Source: a virus (Duplodnaviria; Caudoviricetes). Taken from it: a stretch of 41,958 nucleotides of DNA. How positions within the stretch are numbered: position 1 is the stretch's first letter; the number at the start of each line of letters is the position of its first letter. Made by a program: the position numbers and the translations under genes. The stretch covers positions 1 to 41,958 of IMG/VR virus record IMGVR_UViG_3300033555_000010; one strand, written 5' to 3'. The notes beneath the pieces are model-generated. The model was not told where the DNA came from. It saw nothing but the letters and a program-made list of their open reading frames with translations, and made no database searches. This document shows, piece after piece, positions 9,556 to 19,147 of this stretch.

Positions 9556-10203
9556 TTAAATGGTGTATCTAACAGGACGCGATTGCAGTGAGAACGTAGC
9601 TTGCACAGCGATAACCGAGCCTTTTGTCAATGTCGGCGTTTCGTTAAACGACACGTAACCTTGATACAAAATCAGTGAGTTATCAGGCAGCGTCAAACGC
9701 AGCGCACGAATAGCGCGGGCATCATTTGCGACCTTCAAGGCAACGTAACCGGCAAGGGCCGGATCGTCCGCAATGCCGATGGTGATCGACTGTGCAGAAG
9801 TGATGGTCGGAATTTGTGTTTCAAAATTCTGCTCAAGAAACGAGAAAGTCGCAAACTGCTGATCACCGCCGCTGGTGCTGAAATCAAGAATCTGGCTGAT
9901 CTGCGTAAACGCGCTGATCTTTTGCGCCGAACCGCCGCCCGTACCGGCTGGGTACAAAGTCAGGCTACTGGTATCAATGCCCTCAAGGTTGAACGTATTA
10001 GCGGTCACACCGGACACACGGACAACGCGGCTGTTGAGGTTTGACCAGCCGGAAACCAGCGTAACGATGTCGCCGTTAATGAAGCTGTGCGCGGTAGATG
10101 TTGCAACTGCTGGGTTAGCGTTGGTGATGCCGGAAACGGTCAAGACCGTGCCGTAAGTGGTCGCAAGAGAAACGATTGCGCCGTCTGGAAGTTTTGCTGC
10201 CAT
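9556..10203 (-). CDS. Major tail (tube) protein, Phage_tail_3-like
   Basis: MAAKLPDGAIVSLA...ITNANPAVAT...SGGDQQF...YQGYVSFNETPT. Confidence 0.88.
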   Translation of the reverse strand: MAAKLPDGAIVSLATTYGTVLTVSGITNANPAVATSTAHSFINGDIVTLVSGWSNLNSRVVRVSGVTANTFNLEGIDTSSLTLYPAGTGGGSAQKISAFTQISQILDFSTSGGDQQFATFSFLEQNFETQIPTITSAQSITIGIADDPALAGYVALKVANDARAIRALRLTLPDNSLILYQGYVSFNETPTLTKGSVIAVQATFSLQSRPVRYTI

Positions 10204-10227
10204 GATTGGCCTTTCTGAAAATGGACG

Positions 10228-10249
10228 AAAAAAAACCGCATCACTGCGG
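10228..10249 (-). terminator. Terminator-like hairpin before major tail gene
   Basis: CCGCA-GTGA-TGCGG then 8 T. Confidence 0.6.
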
Positions 10250-10274
10250 CAGGGTTGCGCCCACAAGCGGGCAT

Positions 10275-10310
10275 AAAAAAAGCCGCTGCGGATTGCTCCG
10301 AAACGGCTTT
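10275..10310 (-). terminator. Intrinsic terminator after tail terminator gene
   Basis: AAAGCCG..CGGAGCAATCCG..CGGCTTTTTTT. Confidence 0.7.
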
Positions 10311-10333
10311 AGTGGTTGGCCTTGCGGCCTAAA

Positions 10334-10687
10334 TCAAACTGCGTAAATTGAGAAGTCCTGTCTGCATCCGTAGAGCTTTACGTCCAGCTCATAGCCACTG
10401 ACAAGCGCGCCAACTGGCGACGCCTGGAAAGCGGTTGACAGCCTGAGCGCGTTTTCTATCTGTAGCGCCAAGGTGTTAGCAGCCAGCCGGGTATCAGCCC
10501 ACACATTGATCTGCATACGGGCATTGCGTTTGCCCGGTAGCGTGCGGTCTAGAAACGTGATGGCCTCGCCGCCTACCTGCTGCCATGTAACGTAAGGACG
10601 CACGGGTAAAGGCTCAGGCCCGATATCGGGAAACACGCGAGGGCAAAGCGTTTTCAGCAATGCGTTTAAATCGACTTCAAGCGCCAT
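10334..10687 (-). CDS. Tail terminator/completion protein (DUF3168-like)
   Basis: PYVTWQQVGG..RMQINVWADTR motif; position. Confidence 0.85.
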   Translation of the reverse strand: MALEVDLNALLKTLCPRVFPDIGPEPLPVRPYVTWQQVGGEAITFLDRTLPGKRNARMQINVWADTRLAANTLALQIENALRLSTAFQASPVGALVSGYELDVKLYGCRQDFSIYAV

Positions 10688-11117
10688 TGATTGCCCCTTT
10701 TGCAAGCTCTAGGAATTTGCTTTTTGCGGCCTGTAGCGCGGCTTCTTTTTTCGCGTCATACGCGGGCCTAATGAATGGATAGGCCGGGCTTCTTACCGTG
10801 CCGTACTCAACAAAGCGGGCGTAAAAAGCCTTTTTGACGTTGTAGCCAATCTGGTATTTGGTGTAGGTTTCTGTGCTGCCGGTTTTACTGTAAACGCGGT
10901 AAATCGAGGCCTTTAAATTACCCGGCTGGTACGTCTGTTTTTTGCCTCTGGTGCTGTGCGCTTTTTCAGAAGCAGGAGCATTCAGCCGCGCCTCGTTGTA
11001 AAGCACTGTCGCGCCTACCGCCACTGACGGCAATACAGCGGCCAACAGCTTTTCTTCCAGCACTTGCAGCTTTGCCAGCAGCGCCGAATCATCAAACGAA
11101 ACGCGAATCCCAGCCAT
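10677..11117 (-). CDS. HK97 gp10-like tail component
   Basis: GNLKASI...AFYARFVEYGT..PAYPFIRPAYD motif. Confidence 0.88.
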   Translation of the reverse strand: MAGIRVSFDDSALLAKLQVLEEKLLAAVLPSVAVGATVLYNEARLNAPASEKAHSTRGKKQTYQPGNLKASIYRVYSKTGSTETYTKYQIGYNVKKAFYARFVEYGTVRSPAYPFIRPAYDAKKEAALQAAKSKFLELAKGAINGA

Positions 11118-11428
11118 TACGTAACCGCCTGGCAAACGAGATCGACAAAAGCCTTTTTAGGATCAGGCAATACCGCTTCGATTGCAAAGACAACGCCGTT
11201 ATGAACAACGCGCATGGCAGGTGTTACAGCGCGAAAACGCAGCCGGATGCTTACGCGGTTAACCGATATGTCCGTGCCTGCCTTGATAGCGCTAAGACCG
11301 CTTAAATGGCGTATGTCGGCGTAAACCGTTGCCGTGGTCAGCCAGGACGTAGAAGGCTGGCCGATTTCGTCTGTTGCGTTGACAAGTCCTTGTAATTCGA
11401 CCGAGCTGCGAAGCATTCCGGCGCGCAT
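11117..11428 (-). CDS. Head closure / head-tail joining protein
   Basis: MRAGMLR..DEIGQP...W...ATVYADI..IRLRFR..VTPAMRV. Confidence 0.88.
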   Translation of the reverse strand: MRAGMLRSSVELQGLVNATDEIGQPSTSWLTTATVYADIRHLSGLSAIKAGTDISVNRVSIRLRFRAVTPAMRVVHNGVVFAIEAVLPDPKKAFVDLVCQAVT

Positions 11429-11994
11429 CAGCCGTAAACCCGGTATCTGTCTAGCAGACGATCCGCAAAGCCAAGCGTTGCAACGCCGCCGCCGGTTACT
11501 TCGCTTTCGCGGTTTTCGTACTGGCTACCAACGTGCAACAGCATCCAGCTTTTAATGGATTGCGGTACTAATGCGGCACTTGTATAACCAGCAACAAACC
11601 GCACCTTTACGCCGTCAATGTCGCCGCGATGATTGGGCCATGTCACCTGGTAAGCCGGTATTACGCGGGCGTAGCCGGTATCGTCCAGTAGCACGCTATA
11701 AAGCGCAGGCGTTAGCGTTTGCAGAAACCCAGCAGCGTCGATGTATGTGATGCTGGTCACACTCTGGATAGGTGCACTCGGCAGGTGCAGGTTTGATGCC
11801 AACAGATCAAAACCGGCTTCCCAGGTCTGCGACATCAAGGCCCGCCCGGTTAAATGCTCCGCTGATTCTGTTGCCGCGTTAATCATGGCGGTAATCAGCG
11901 TGTCGTCTGCCGCGTCTGTGATGCGTAGATGCGCCTTAGCCTCGATAAGCGATACAGCAAGGGCTACCGGCGGCGTAATCAGTCTTAACGTCAT
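11428..11994 (-). CDS. Head-tail connector (HK97 gp6-like)
   Basis: VSLIEAKAHLRI..DDTLI..AE..TGRAL..VPQSIK..LLHVG..YENRE. Confidence 0.9.
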   Translation of the reverse strand: MTLRLITPPVALAVSLIEAKAHLRITDAADDTLITAMINAATESAEHLTGRALMSQTWEAGFDLLASNLHLPSAPIQSVTSITYIDAAGFLQTLTPALYSVLLDDTGYARVIPAYQVTWPNHRGDIDGVKVRFVAGYTSAALVPQSIKSWMLLHVGSQYENRESEVTGGGVATLGFADRLLDRYRVYG

Positions 11995-12410
11995 AGCGTG
12001 CCTTTCACCATTTGTAAGCCCAGCCGCGCAATGAGTTCATGCGGGCTCTCGTCAACGACTGTCGAAACGCTGTTGACCACCACGGTTCGCTTGCCATTGC
12101 TGACAGCGCAGCCGCTAAGTGCAGCCGTGATTTGTGTAGAGGTGTAGGGGTAAGGTATGCCAGCAGCCAAAAACGCGGCTTGCGCCCTGGTGTGTGCCAG
12201 CGCAGGCGAGCCGAGCGATTCAACAAAAATAGCTGGCATCTGTCCGTTGTTGATGAAGTGCGTAGCGGGAGCGCCGACAGCCGACCCTATGGCATTGAGG
12301 CCGGTCTTGAACATGCCGTCGCAGTGGTTAAGGTCAAGCCGTTTTGAAATGATGCGAAGGACAGGAGCGACAGCCGCCGTAACGATGGCGCAAGCGTGTG
12401 TGTAGATCAT
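11991..12410 (-). CDS. Hypothetical protein coupled to putative head fibre
   Basis: 139 aa, ATGA overlaps on both sides. Confidence 0.6.
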   Translation of the reverse strand: MIYTHACAIVTAAVAPVLRIISKRLDLNHCDGMFKTGLNAIGSAVGAPATHFINNGQMPAIFVESLGSPALAHTRAQAAFLAAGIPYPYTSTQITAALSGCAVSNGKRTVVVNSVSTVVDESPHELIARLGLQMVKGTL

Positions 12411-14149
12411 GGCAGCACCAATCCGACTTTTTTGCCTAGGTCGCGGCGATTGTTTTGGCGGGCTGTTGCATCACCTGCTGGCGCTAGGATCATGCCGCCG
12501 AAGTCGCCGTTAAGCATAAAACCAGCTCCATAATTACCCATCGCGAAGGCATTCCATGCGGCTGCTGATAAATTCAGGTTTCTAATTTCCAAAACGACCC
12601 ATGACGCTACAGGTAAAGCCGTGTGTAAATGACCGCGTGTTGTGTTTGCCAAACCACCATTGATAGCTAAGCCGTTTGCCGCATAAGTTGGCGTGCCTGA
12701 GCCCGCGTCTGCGATTTGCGTGCTTGCCAATTCCACAACGCCGAAAAAGTTGCCGGGCGCGTTTGCAATTGGAAAGCCAAGCACTACAGTCCCTGCCGTA
12801 GCCCTACGCACAGCAATAAAGCAATCCATATCAGCACTTAGCGTGATAGCGCCCGTAGCCATGCCATCGTCAAGGCCGTCAAATACTTGATATTGCGGGA
12901 AGCCTACGGTGTCGTAGTCTGATGCGGTGTTTACGCGCTGGTAGCGGGTGGCTACTGTGCCCGGCTCTACCTGGATGCCCCATGCCACGCATGAGCCTGT
13001 TATTGTCCCGTTTGCGGTTGTGCCGTCACTTGAAAAGGCGGGATAAATAAAGGTCTGCAAAACAGTGTTAGCCGCAATAGTCAGCAAGCTAAAACTTAAC
13101 TTCCAGAATGTCCCTGCGTTTTGCACCAATATGTTTGCAGCGCCGGGCGTTAGTCCTTCGCCGCGAGCTGTTGGAACGCCTGTATTTGTGTTTAAAAAGA
13201 CTTGTGCAAATGTGGTTGCGCCTGTTTGTCCGTTGATTGCCACCAGTGGAAATGTCGTAGCGCCCGAAGTTTTCAGTATGTTGACGCTGACGCTGTAATT
13301 TAAGCCGCCTAAGATGCTTATGTCGCGCTGCACATTGCCGCCGCCCGCTGTAGCTGTTAGCGTATCGGCTGTTGTTGTGCCGTCTGGTGCAACCGTGGAA
13401 TTAGCTGTGACTGTTACGCTGGTTTTTGACCAGTAAACATCATCAAACTGCTCCGACTTCGTCAGCAAATTCACCCGCGCTGATGTGACTGGCCTGCTTG
13501 GGGCTGTGGCTTGAAGGATGTGGTTGCCGGGTATTTCTTTGGCGGTGATGTTTGAGTACCAGATCGCCTGCCCTGCACTCATGGCTTGGTTGTTGTTAAT
13601 CTGTACCGGCGTTGCAGTGCTAGAGGCCCGAATCACCCAGCGCAGCGTTACTGGAGCAATTGATGTCACAGTTTGCAAGGCGCTATTCAATCCGTCAAAA
13701 AGATTGACGCCTACCGCTCCACTTGACACCCTGACTCTGGCCGTTACTTCGTAAAAGGAGCCTGAAACGAGGTTGATTGAGAGCCCTCCTACTGCATCTA
13801 ATTGCAACCTCGCCCCATCGGAATTGTTAACGCAGGTAACCTTGATTTCCTCGCCGTCCAGGGTAATGGTGTTGGTTCCAAAGGGCGTCCAAGGAGCCGT
13901 CGTGTTGGCGGTATCCACCAACTCTGACCCACGCACCAAGCCCAGCCGCTTGTCCAACATCAGTCCGACTGGCTGGGCGAATGCTGTTGTTACTGGCGTT
14001 GTGCCTGCGCTGTCTTGCGAAAGCGTTGCGTAGTCGCTGGGGTCATACCATGCACCGAGCTGACCGGCGGAAAACTGGCTGGCCGGGTTGTAAATGGACG
14101 CAATAAGCCCACTCAAACACCCCATCCGGCTCATACCCATTCCGTACAT
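12407..14149 (-). CDS. Putative head fibre/spike protein with lectin-like domains
   Basis: 580 aa; N-terminal GMGM anchor-like peptide, GAWYDPSD motif, NLL..SEQF..W..APDGTTTADTL...WGIQVEPG domain resembling RcGTA head fibre Rcc01080 (from memory). Confidence 0.65.
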   Translation of the reverse strand: MYGMGMSRMGCLSGLIASIYNPASQFSAGQLGAWYDPSDYATLSQDSAGTTPVTTAFAQPVGLMLDKRLGLVRGSELVDTANTTAPWTPFGTNTITLDGEEIKVTCVNNSDGARLQLDAVGGLSINLVSGSFYEVTARVRVSSGAVGVNLFDGLNSALQTVTSIAPVTLRWVIRASSTATPVQINNNQAMSAGQAIWYSNITAKEIPGNHILQATAPSRPVTSARVNLLTKSEQFDDVYWSKTSVTVTANSTVAPDGTTTADTLTATAGGGNVQRDISILGGLNYSVSVNILKTSGATTFPLVAINGQTGATTFAQVFLNTNTGVPTARGEGLTPGAANILVQNAGTFWKLSFSLLTIAANTVLQTFIYPAFSSDGTTANGTITGSCVAWGIQVEPGTVATRYQRVNTASDYDTVGFPQYQVFDGLDDGMATGAITLSADMDCFIAVRRATAGTVVLGFPIANAPGNFFGVVELASTQIADAGSGTPTYAANGLAINGGLANTTRGHLHTALPVASWVVLEIRNLNLSAAAWNAFAMGNYGAGFMLNGDFGGMILAPAGDATARQNNRRDLGKKVGLVLP

Positions 14150-14454
14150 TAGGTGTTCGCAATCACAGCGATCCGCAACGTGCCGCCAGGCGGTACACCG
14201 AAATATTCAACGCTGCCAGCAGCTAGCCGCATGGTCGTAGCCGCCGCCGTGGGGTTAGCACCGAACTGGACGCTACAGGTTGCATCTGTGGTCAAACGGA
14301 CAAAGCTGCACCGCACGTTTAGCAACGCTGATTGGGTAGAGGCCGCGCCAATAGCCACGACTTGATCGACAAGCGGTGGTGTCATGGCAATAGGATTCAG
14401 CCCGCCGCGCTCATTGCCGCCGCTTGTCGAAAATTCAGTGATAAAGAGTGGCAT
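14149..14454 (-). CDS. Putative head-spike base / capsid decoration protein
   Basis: 101 aa beta-rich protein between capsid and fibre genes, TAATG-coupled to the fibre gene. Confidence 0.55.
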   Translation of the reverse strand: MPLFITEFSTSGGNERGGLNPIAMTPPLVDQVVAIGAASTQSALLNVRCSFVRLTTDATCSVQFGANPTAAATTMRLAAGSVEYFGVPPGGTLRIAVIANT

Positions 14455-14524
14455 CAGGTGTCCTTAAAGGTCGGGAATTTGTTTGCTATGAGATACGCCC
14501 GGTTAAAGGCGTATGACGTAGCAG

Positions 14525-14695
14525 TTAGGCTTTGTGGGCCTTGATTGCGTCGGGGTGCAAATCAAGCACACCGACTACTGCACCGGCGTCGGCATCAGCG
14601 GTGGCAAGCGTTACCACTTCCCCTGCCTTACCAAAAACGCAGTCGCAAAGCACGAATGCCTGCACGGTTTCAGGCGCTTTCGGCGTGATTTTCAT
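14525..14695 (-). CDS. Small protein coupled to capsid gene (56 aa; not in ORF track)
   Basis: MKITPKAPETVQAFVLCDCVFGKAGEVVTL...AIKAHKA; ATGA overlap with capsid stop. Confidence 0.65.
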   Translation of the reverse strand: MKITPKAPETVQAFVLCDCVFGKAGEVVTLATADADAGAVVGVLDLHPDAIKAHKA

Positions 14696-15882
14696 GTGGC
14701 AGAGTTGGCGTACACGCGGACGGCAGCAGTCTCCAAAAGGTTGCCGCCTGAGCGAGTCCAGCCGCAGAAACCGACTTGGTTACGCAACGCAAAGGCCGAA
14801 TCATCAAAGCGGCGCATTGCGGTGGTTCCCTGCACGTCGCGAATGTTGTAGTACGAGAAGTCACCAAAGGCGACAGAGCGAGCGCTTGCACCCATCACGG
14901 CCATGTCGTCATTGATGGCAACAGGGCAACCGAGCAGCGAATCAGGCGCGCCGACTTGCGTGCTGTACTCCCAGATCGGACGGCCCGTGGTTTCCTTCAG
15001 CTTGGACACAATGGCAACGCTCAAATCATTCATCATGAATTTCGCACCGGAACGATACGCACGATTCACCGAGTGCTTCAGGTCAACTAAGTCGTCATAA
15101 GTGACGGTCAGCGTCTGGCCGGTCACGCCGGTCTTGCCAACCAATGCGCGCGGGATAACGCCGTCTGGTTGGGTTGTTCCGGTACCGACTGTGAAGTGCA
15201 GGTTCTGCACGCGGGCGATGCGGGTAGCCAGGCGATTCACAACAAAAGCGATAACGTCGATGGCGCTGTCCTGGATCAATTCCAGTGGCAATGCAATCTG
15301 GTTGCTGGTGTAGTAAAACGGATTCAGCGCAATCGTGCCGAAGGTGATTTCACCAATTGGAGCCAAAGCGTTTTGGCCCACAATCGCGCCCAGCTCGTTT
15401 GTGCCGTCGCTGGTAGGCCAGTTCATCGGATTACCGCCAGCGGTATTAATGATCGTGGACACTTCACGCATACCGCCGTAAGCCTTCAGGCGGTCTATCA
15501 CCATTGCGGCGACTTCGGATGGCACGGTAAAGCCACCTTCTGCCGGTACGGTTGTAGACATGGCGTTACGGATAGCAACGGCCTGCTCGTTGGTGACGTT
15601 TGCGCCGTTACGCAGGTAAAGCGCTACAGCGGCCAATGCGTTGATGGTTACGCCTTCTTCTACTTTGCCAGGGGCGGCATTGAAGAATTTTTCGGCGTCC
15701 AGCTCGCGCATGGTTTCGATGTTGACGATCTGCTTTTTGCTGGCGTTGATTTCGTTGGCAAAGCCGTCGAATTGCGCCTGCTCCTCGGTGGTCCATGACG
15801 CAGAGCCTTTGTCAGCAATAAGCTGATTGGCTTGCTTTGAAAAATTGGCGATTTTCTCGCGCAGCGCGGTGATGTTGCTCAT
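14692..15882 (-). CDS. Major capsid protein, HK97 fold with N-terminal scaffold (delta) domain
   Basis: GGFTVPSE, ELIQDSAID, LKETTGRPIW, LLGCPV, FGDFSYY motifs. Confidence 0.95.
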   Translation of the reverse strand: MSNITALREKIANFSKQANQLIADKGSASWTTEEQAQFDGFANEINASKKQIVNIETMRELDAEKFFNAAPGKVEEGVTINALAAVALYLRNGANVTNEQAVAIRNAMSTTVPAEGGFTVPSEVAAMVIDRLKAYGGMREVSTIINTAGGNPMNWPTSDGTNELGAIVGQNALAPIGEITFGTIALNPFYYTSNQIALPLELIQDSAIDVIAFVVNRLATRIARVQNLHFTVGTGTTQPDGVIPRALVGKTGVTGQTLTVTYDDLVDLKHSVNRAYRSGAKFMMNDLSVAIVSKLKETTGRPIWEYSTQVGAPDSLLGCPVAINDDMAVMGASARSVAFGDFSYYNIRDVQGTTAMRRFDDSAFALRNQVGFCGWTRSGGNLLETAAVRVYANSAT

Positions 15883-15902
15883 AAGAGCCTTTCTTGAGGC
15901 GT

Positions 15903-15926
15903 AAAAAAGGACTCCTAAAGAGTCCT
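15903..15926 (-). terminator. Terminator-like hairpin between protease and capsid genes
   Basis: AGGACTC-TTTAG-GAGTCCT-TTTTT. Confidence 0.65.
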
Positions 15927-15975
15927 GATTGATGGCAGTGGCCGACTGCTGGCGGTTTCTACAGCGCGAGAAGCA

Positions 15976-16725
15976 CTATTGAATTTCGAGCAACTTCAAA
16001 CGGTTGCTATTTGTTGTGGACGTAAAAAAGCCCGCTGCTGGGGCGGGTTCTGGTGGTGTGTCGTTTACGGGGTCAGTAGGTGGCGGGCCTTTGGCTGCGG
16101 GCGCATTCTTGAAGGCCGACAAGTCCCAGACATTACTTGCTTTGCCTTTCTTGTTTTCAACAATCGCATCGGCAAAGCCAAGGGCTAAAGACTCATCAGC
16201 AGTCAGCCACGTTTCCGCGCGCATAAGCGCCATCATTTCTTCAGCGGGCTTGCCGGTTTTGCGTGCGTAATCAGCGGCAATGGAAACGTCAATCTTGTCA
16301 AGCAAGACGCACATTTCCTTCATTTCGGCGCTGTTGCCCCAGACGATGCACGATGCGCAATGCACCATCAGCATTGAGCCGGTTTGCATGACTACGGAAT
16401 CGCAGGACATCGCCACGTAAGACGCTGCTGATGCGGCCAAACCGTCAACGTAGGCCGTGATGTTGGAAGGGTGCGCGCCGATAGCCGCGACCATTGCGCG
16501 GGCGGCAAATACGTCCCCGCCTGGCGAGTTGATATGCAAAGCAATGTCGCCCGACTTAATGCTATTCAAAGCCGACACAAAAGCCGTTGCACTCACGCCG
16601 TAGTAGTCGTCAATCACGTCATACAAATCAATGCGCGTGCTGCCGTCTGCTTTTGCCCGTATCTCAAAGGATTTATGGACGGCCTTGTTGTCAAAGACCA
16701 GCTTTGCAAAATTGGGGTTCTTCAT
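15976..16725 (-). CDS. ClpP-type prohead maturation protease
   Basis: HINSPGGDVF, DGLAASAAS, MVH, ETWLTADE motifs. Confidence 0.93.
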   Translation of the reverse strand: MKNPNFAKLVFDNKAVHKSFEIRAKADGSTRIDLYDVIDDYYGVSATAFVSALNSIKSGDIALHINSPGGDVFAARAMVAAIGAHPSNITAYVDGLAASAASYVAMSCDSVVMQTGSMLMVHCASCIVWGNSAEMKEMCVLLDKIDVSIAADYARKTGKPAEEMMALMRAETWLTADESLALGFADAIVENKKGKASNVWDLSAFKNAPAAKGPPPTDPVNDTPPEPAPAAGFFTSTTNSNRLKLLEIQ

Positions 16726-16735
16726 TCTTGTTTCC

Positions 16736-17380
16736 TCACATCAAAAGTAGGAGTAATTCGTCGTCTTCATTGACTTGTACTGTCTTGCGTCTAGCCGGTT
16801 GCCAGCGTCCAATCACGGGGTCTGCCGGTAGGCTTGTAGCCTGCACCAGAGCCACCGCCACGCCATCCAGCGTCAGCGTCAGACCTTGTGTATGCGTTAG
16901 CGTTTGCGCGCCTGTAACGTCGATTCCTGCCAGCAGGATTGCTAGCGTCTGAGATATACCGCCAGCCGCCGATTGCGCCACCGATACAGCGATACCGTCT
17001 AGCGTTGCGGAGATGCTTTGCGCGTGTACCGTTTGCTGCGTAACCGATGCTGAAATACCATCAAGCGTTGCACTCACGCTCTGTGGATGCGTTGCCGCCT
17101 GACTAATCGCCGCTGTAATGCCGTCTAACGTCGCTACCACGGCCTGCGCATGGCTTGCCGTCTGACTAACCGTTGCCGCTATACCGTCCAACGTCACCAC
17201 AACCGTCTGCGGGTGCTGTGCGGTCTGGTTTGCCGCTACCGCTAAGCCGTCGAGTACCGCCGCTACGCTTTGCGCGTGATTCGCGGTTTGCGCTACTGCC
17301 GTCGATATGCCGTCAAGCGTTACCGCTAACGACTGCGTTTTACCTGCTGCTGCCTGTAGGTTTAGCTGAATTAACAGCAT
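16736..17380 (-). CDS. Repeat protein (about 8 x 21 aa TLDG repeats) with acidic/Leu C-terminus
   Basis: Q.V.ATLDGI...V.Q...H repeats; ends EDDELLLLLM. Confidence 0.75.
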   Translation of the reverse strand: MLLIQLNLQAAAGKTQSLAVTLDGISTAVAQTANHAQSVAAVLDGLAVAANQTAQHPQTVVVTLDGIAATVSQTASHAQAVVATLDGITAAISQAATHPQSVSATLDGISASVTQQTVHAQSISATLDGIAVSVAQSAAGGISQTLAILLAGIDVTGAQTLTHTQGLTLTLDGVAVALVQATSLPADPVIGRWQPARRKTVQVNEDDELLLLLM

Positions 17381-17383
17381 GGT

Positions 17384-19147
17384 TTACGGCGCGGTGAAAT
17401 AACTAACGTTTACTCGCCAAATGGTTTGCAATTGGGCGGGTGCTGCAACGGTTGAAATCGTAGCCGCCGCTGCTGATCTCAATGGTGTGGTCGGCTGGTA
17501 ATCAATAACCCTCACCGCTGTGCCTACCGCGCCCGCTGCCTGCTCAGTGATCCACGCTGGATTACCCGGTAAGTTAGATGACGTAAGCACCACACCCGCC
17601 CCAGCCGCTACGCCTAAAGCGTTGTAAACCTTCACCACTTGTATGCTGGTTATGTAGTGAAACAAACCCGCCGCTGGTGCAGGCAATGTGGCCGTGACTG
17701 CTGTATTAACCGCCGCTGTCGCTGTTACATGCAGCGTTGACGCACGCTGCTCTGCCTGCGCGATAACGCTGTTAGGTGAAAGCGCCACTACTAGGGCTGG
17801 GTCTGCTGCAACTGCTGCAGTGCTTGCGGGTTTAACAGCCACCGGGCCGTTGTTGTTGCCATCCGTGATGAGCGATTGCGCCACCACGAAACTCGCGGAG
17901 GCAGACGCGCTGTACACAACGCTGGCGCTGCCCGATGTCCAGGCAGTAGCAATAACGCGGTAAAAACGATTTGAAGCAACCGCCGCCTTGTATGCGCTGT
18001 TGACTGTAGTGCTCGCAGTAAACGTCTTGGATGCGCCATTCATGGCGCCATCGGGCAGCCAAGCCAAACCATCCAAGCTACTCTGGAATGACAGTGTGCC
18101 GACCCATGTGCCACTAATCGCAAACGACAACTCACCAATACCGCTAACCGGCACATTAACAGCCGCATTGAGGGCTGCAATAGACCGTTGCCCACTCAGA
18201 TTCGCGCCCGAAGACGGTGCTGTGATACCAGCCGCCCAGCCACCGCAAGTAATACTCAGATTGGTGGCATCCGATGCCGTCTTGCTGACTTCGACAGTCA
18301 TAGGCAAATCTGGCATCGTCATATTGACACCCGCCTGCGCGTTAACCGTCCTCACCTGATGCACCGCTATCCAGTGACCATCTGGTGCATAGACCTCAAA
18401 AAAGGCCGACACGCCGCCATACCATCCGTACCGCACACGGTACATATTCAGGTTGGTCGGCTGCAATGAAACCGGCGAATTGTTGCTGGTAAACAGGCTA
18501 TCAGCCGCACCGCTCAATTTGTCCCGATTCCATGCGGTTTGCGCAATAAAAGTATCTACGCTGTTGACGCGAACCCAAAGCCCAAAGGTCAGGCCATTGA
18601 AGCCAAAGCTGTAGCCGTTGGCGGCATCGTAAATGCCCAGCCGCTGAAAGCTCGCTACTGATGTCGGCGCGGTGTAAGCACCTGACAGCACAGCCCAGGC
18701 TTCATATTGCGCAGCGTACAGGATGCCAACAGGCGTTTGGGCCAGCAGCGCAGCAGTTACCGCCGTGCTGGTCGAAAACACCGCCGCACCTGCTGTCGGG
18801 CCGGTTGCAGTAGCACCACCTGACGCGGTGATGTTGAGAAACGCTGCTGGTGCTTGCTGGAAAAACTTAGTTGTGACCTGCGTGATGCGCGTGACGCCGA
18901 CAAGCTGACCGTGGATGTCGGCTTGCGTGTCGGCAATCGTTACGTTGTTTTTACCCGCCGGGAAAGTGACCGGCAGGGGGGTCGCTGCTGTTGCAGTCTT
19001 GAAGTCACTAGCCAAACCATGCCCGACCTTGACCATTTGCACCGAAGAGCCAGCGGGAGCCGCCGCGCCATCAACCGTGGTTAGTGTGTCAATAATCGGT
19101 TTCTCGCCACCCGAGCCTGCGTTAAGCGTGATCGTTGCGGTGGTCAA
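17384..19147 (-). CDS. Multidomain putative virion appendage protein
   Basis: 587 aa, TTG start abutting upstream stop; Ala/Thr/Val-rich beta domains. Confidence 0.7.
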   Translation of the reverse strand: MTTATITLNAGSGGEKPIIDTLTTVDGAAAPAGSSVQMVKVGHGLASDFKTATAATPLPVTFPAGKNNVTIADTQADIHGQLVGVTRITQVTTKFFQQAPAAFLNITASGGATATGPTAGAAVFSTSTAVTAALLAQTPVGILYAAQYEAWAVLSGAYTAPTSVASFQRLGIYDAANGYSFGFNGLTFGLWVRVNSVDTFIAQTAWNRDKLSGAADSLFTSNNSPVSLQPTNLNMYRVRYGWYGGVSAFFEVYAPDGHWIAVHQVRTVNAQAGVNMTMPDLPMTVEVSKTASDATNLSITCGGWAAGITAPSSGANLSGQRSIAALNAAVNVPVSGIGELSFAISGTWVGTLSFQSSLDGLAWLPDGAMNGASKTFTASTTVNSAYKAAVASNRFYRVIATAWTSGSASVVYSASASASFVVAQSLITDGNNNGPVAVKPASTAAVAADPALVVALSPNSVIAQAEQRASTLHVTATAAVNTAVTATLPAPAAGLFHYITSIQVVKVYNALGVAAGAGVVLTSSNLPGNPAWITEQAAGAVGTAVRVIDYQPTTPLRSAAAATISTVAAPAQLQTIWRVNVSYFTAP

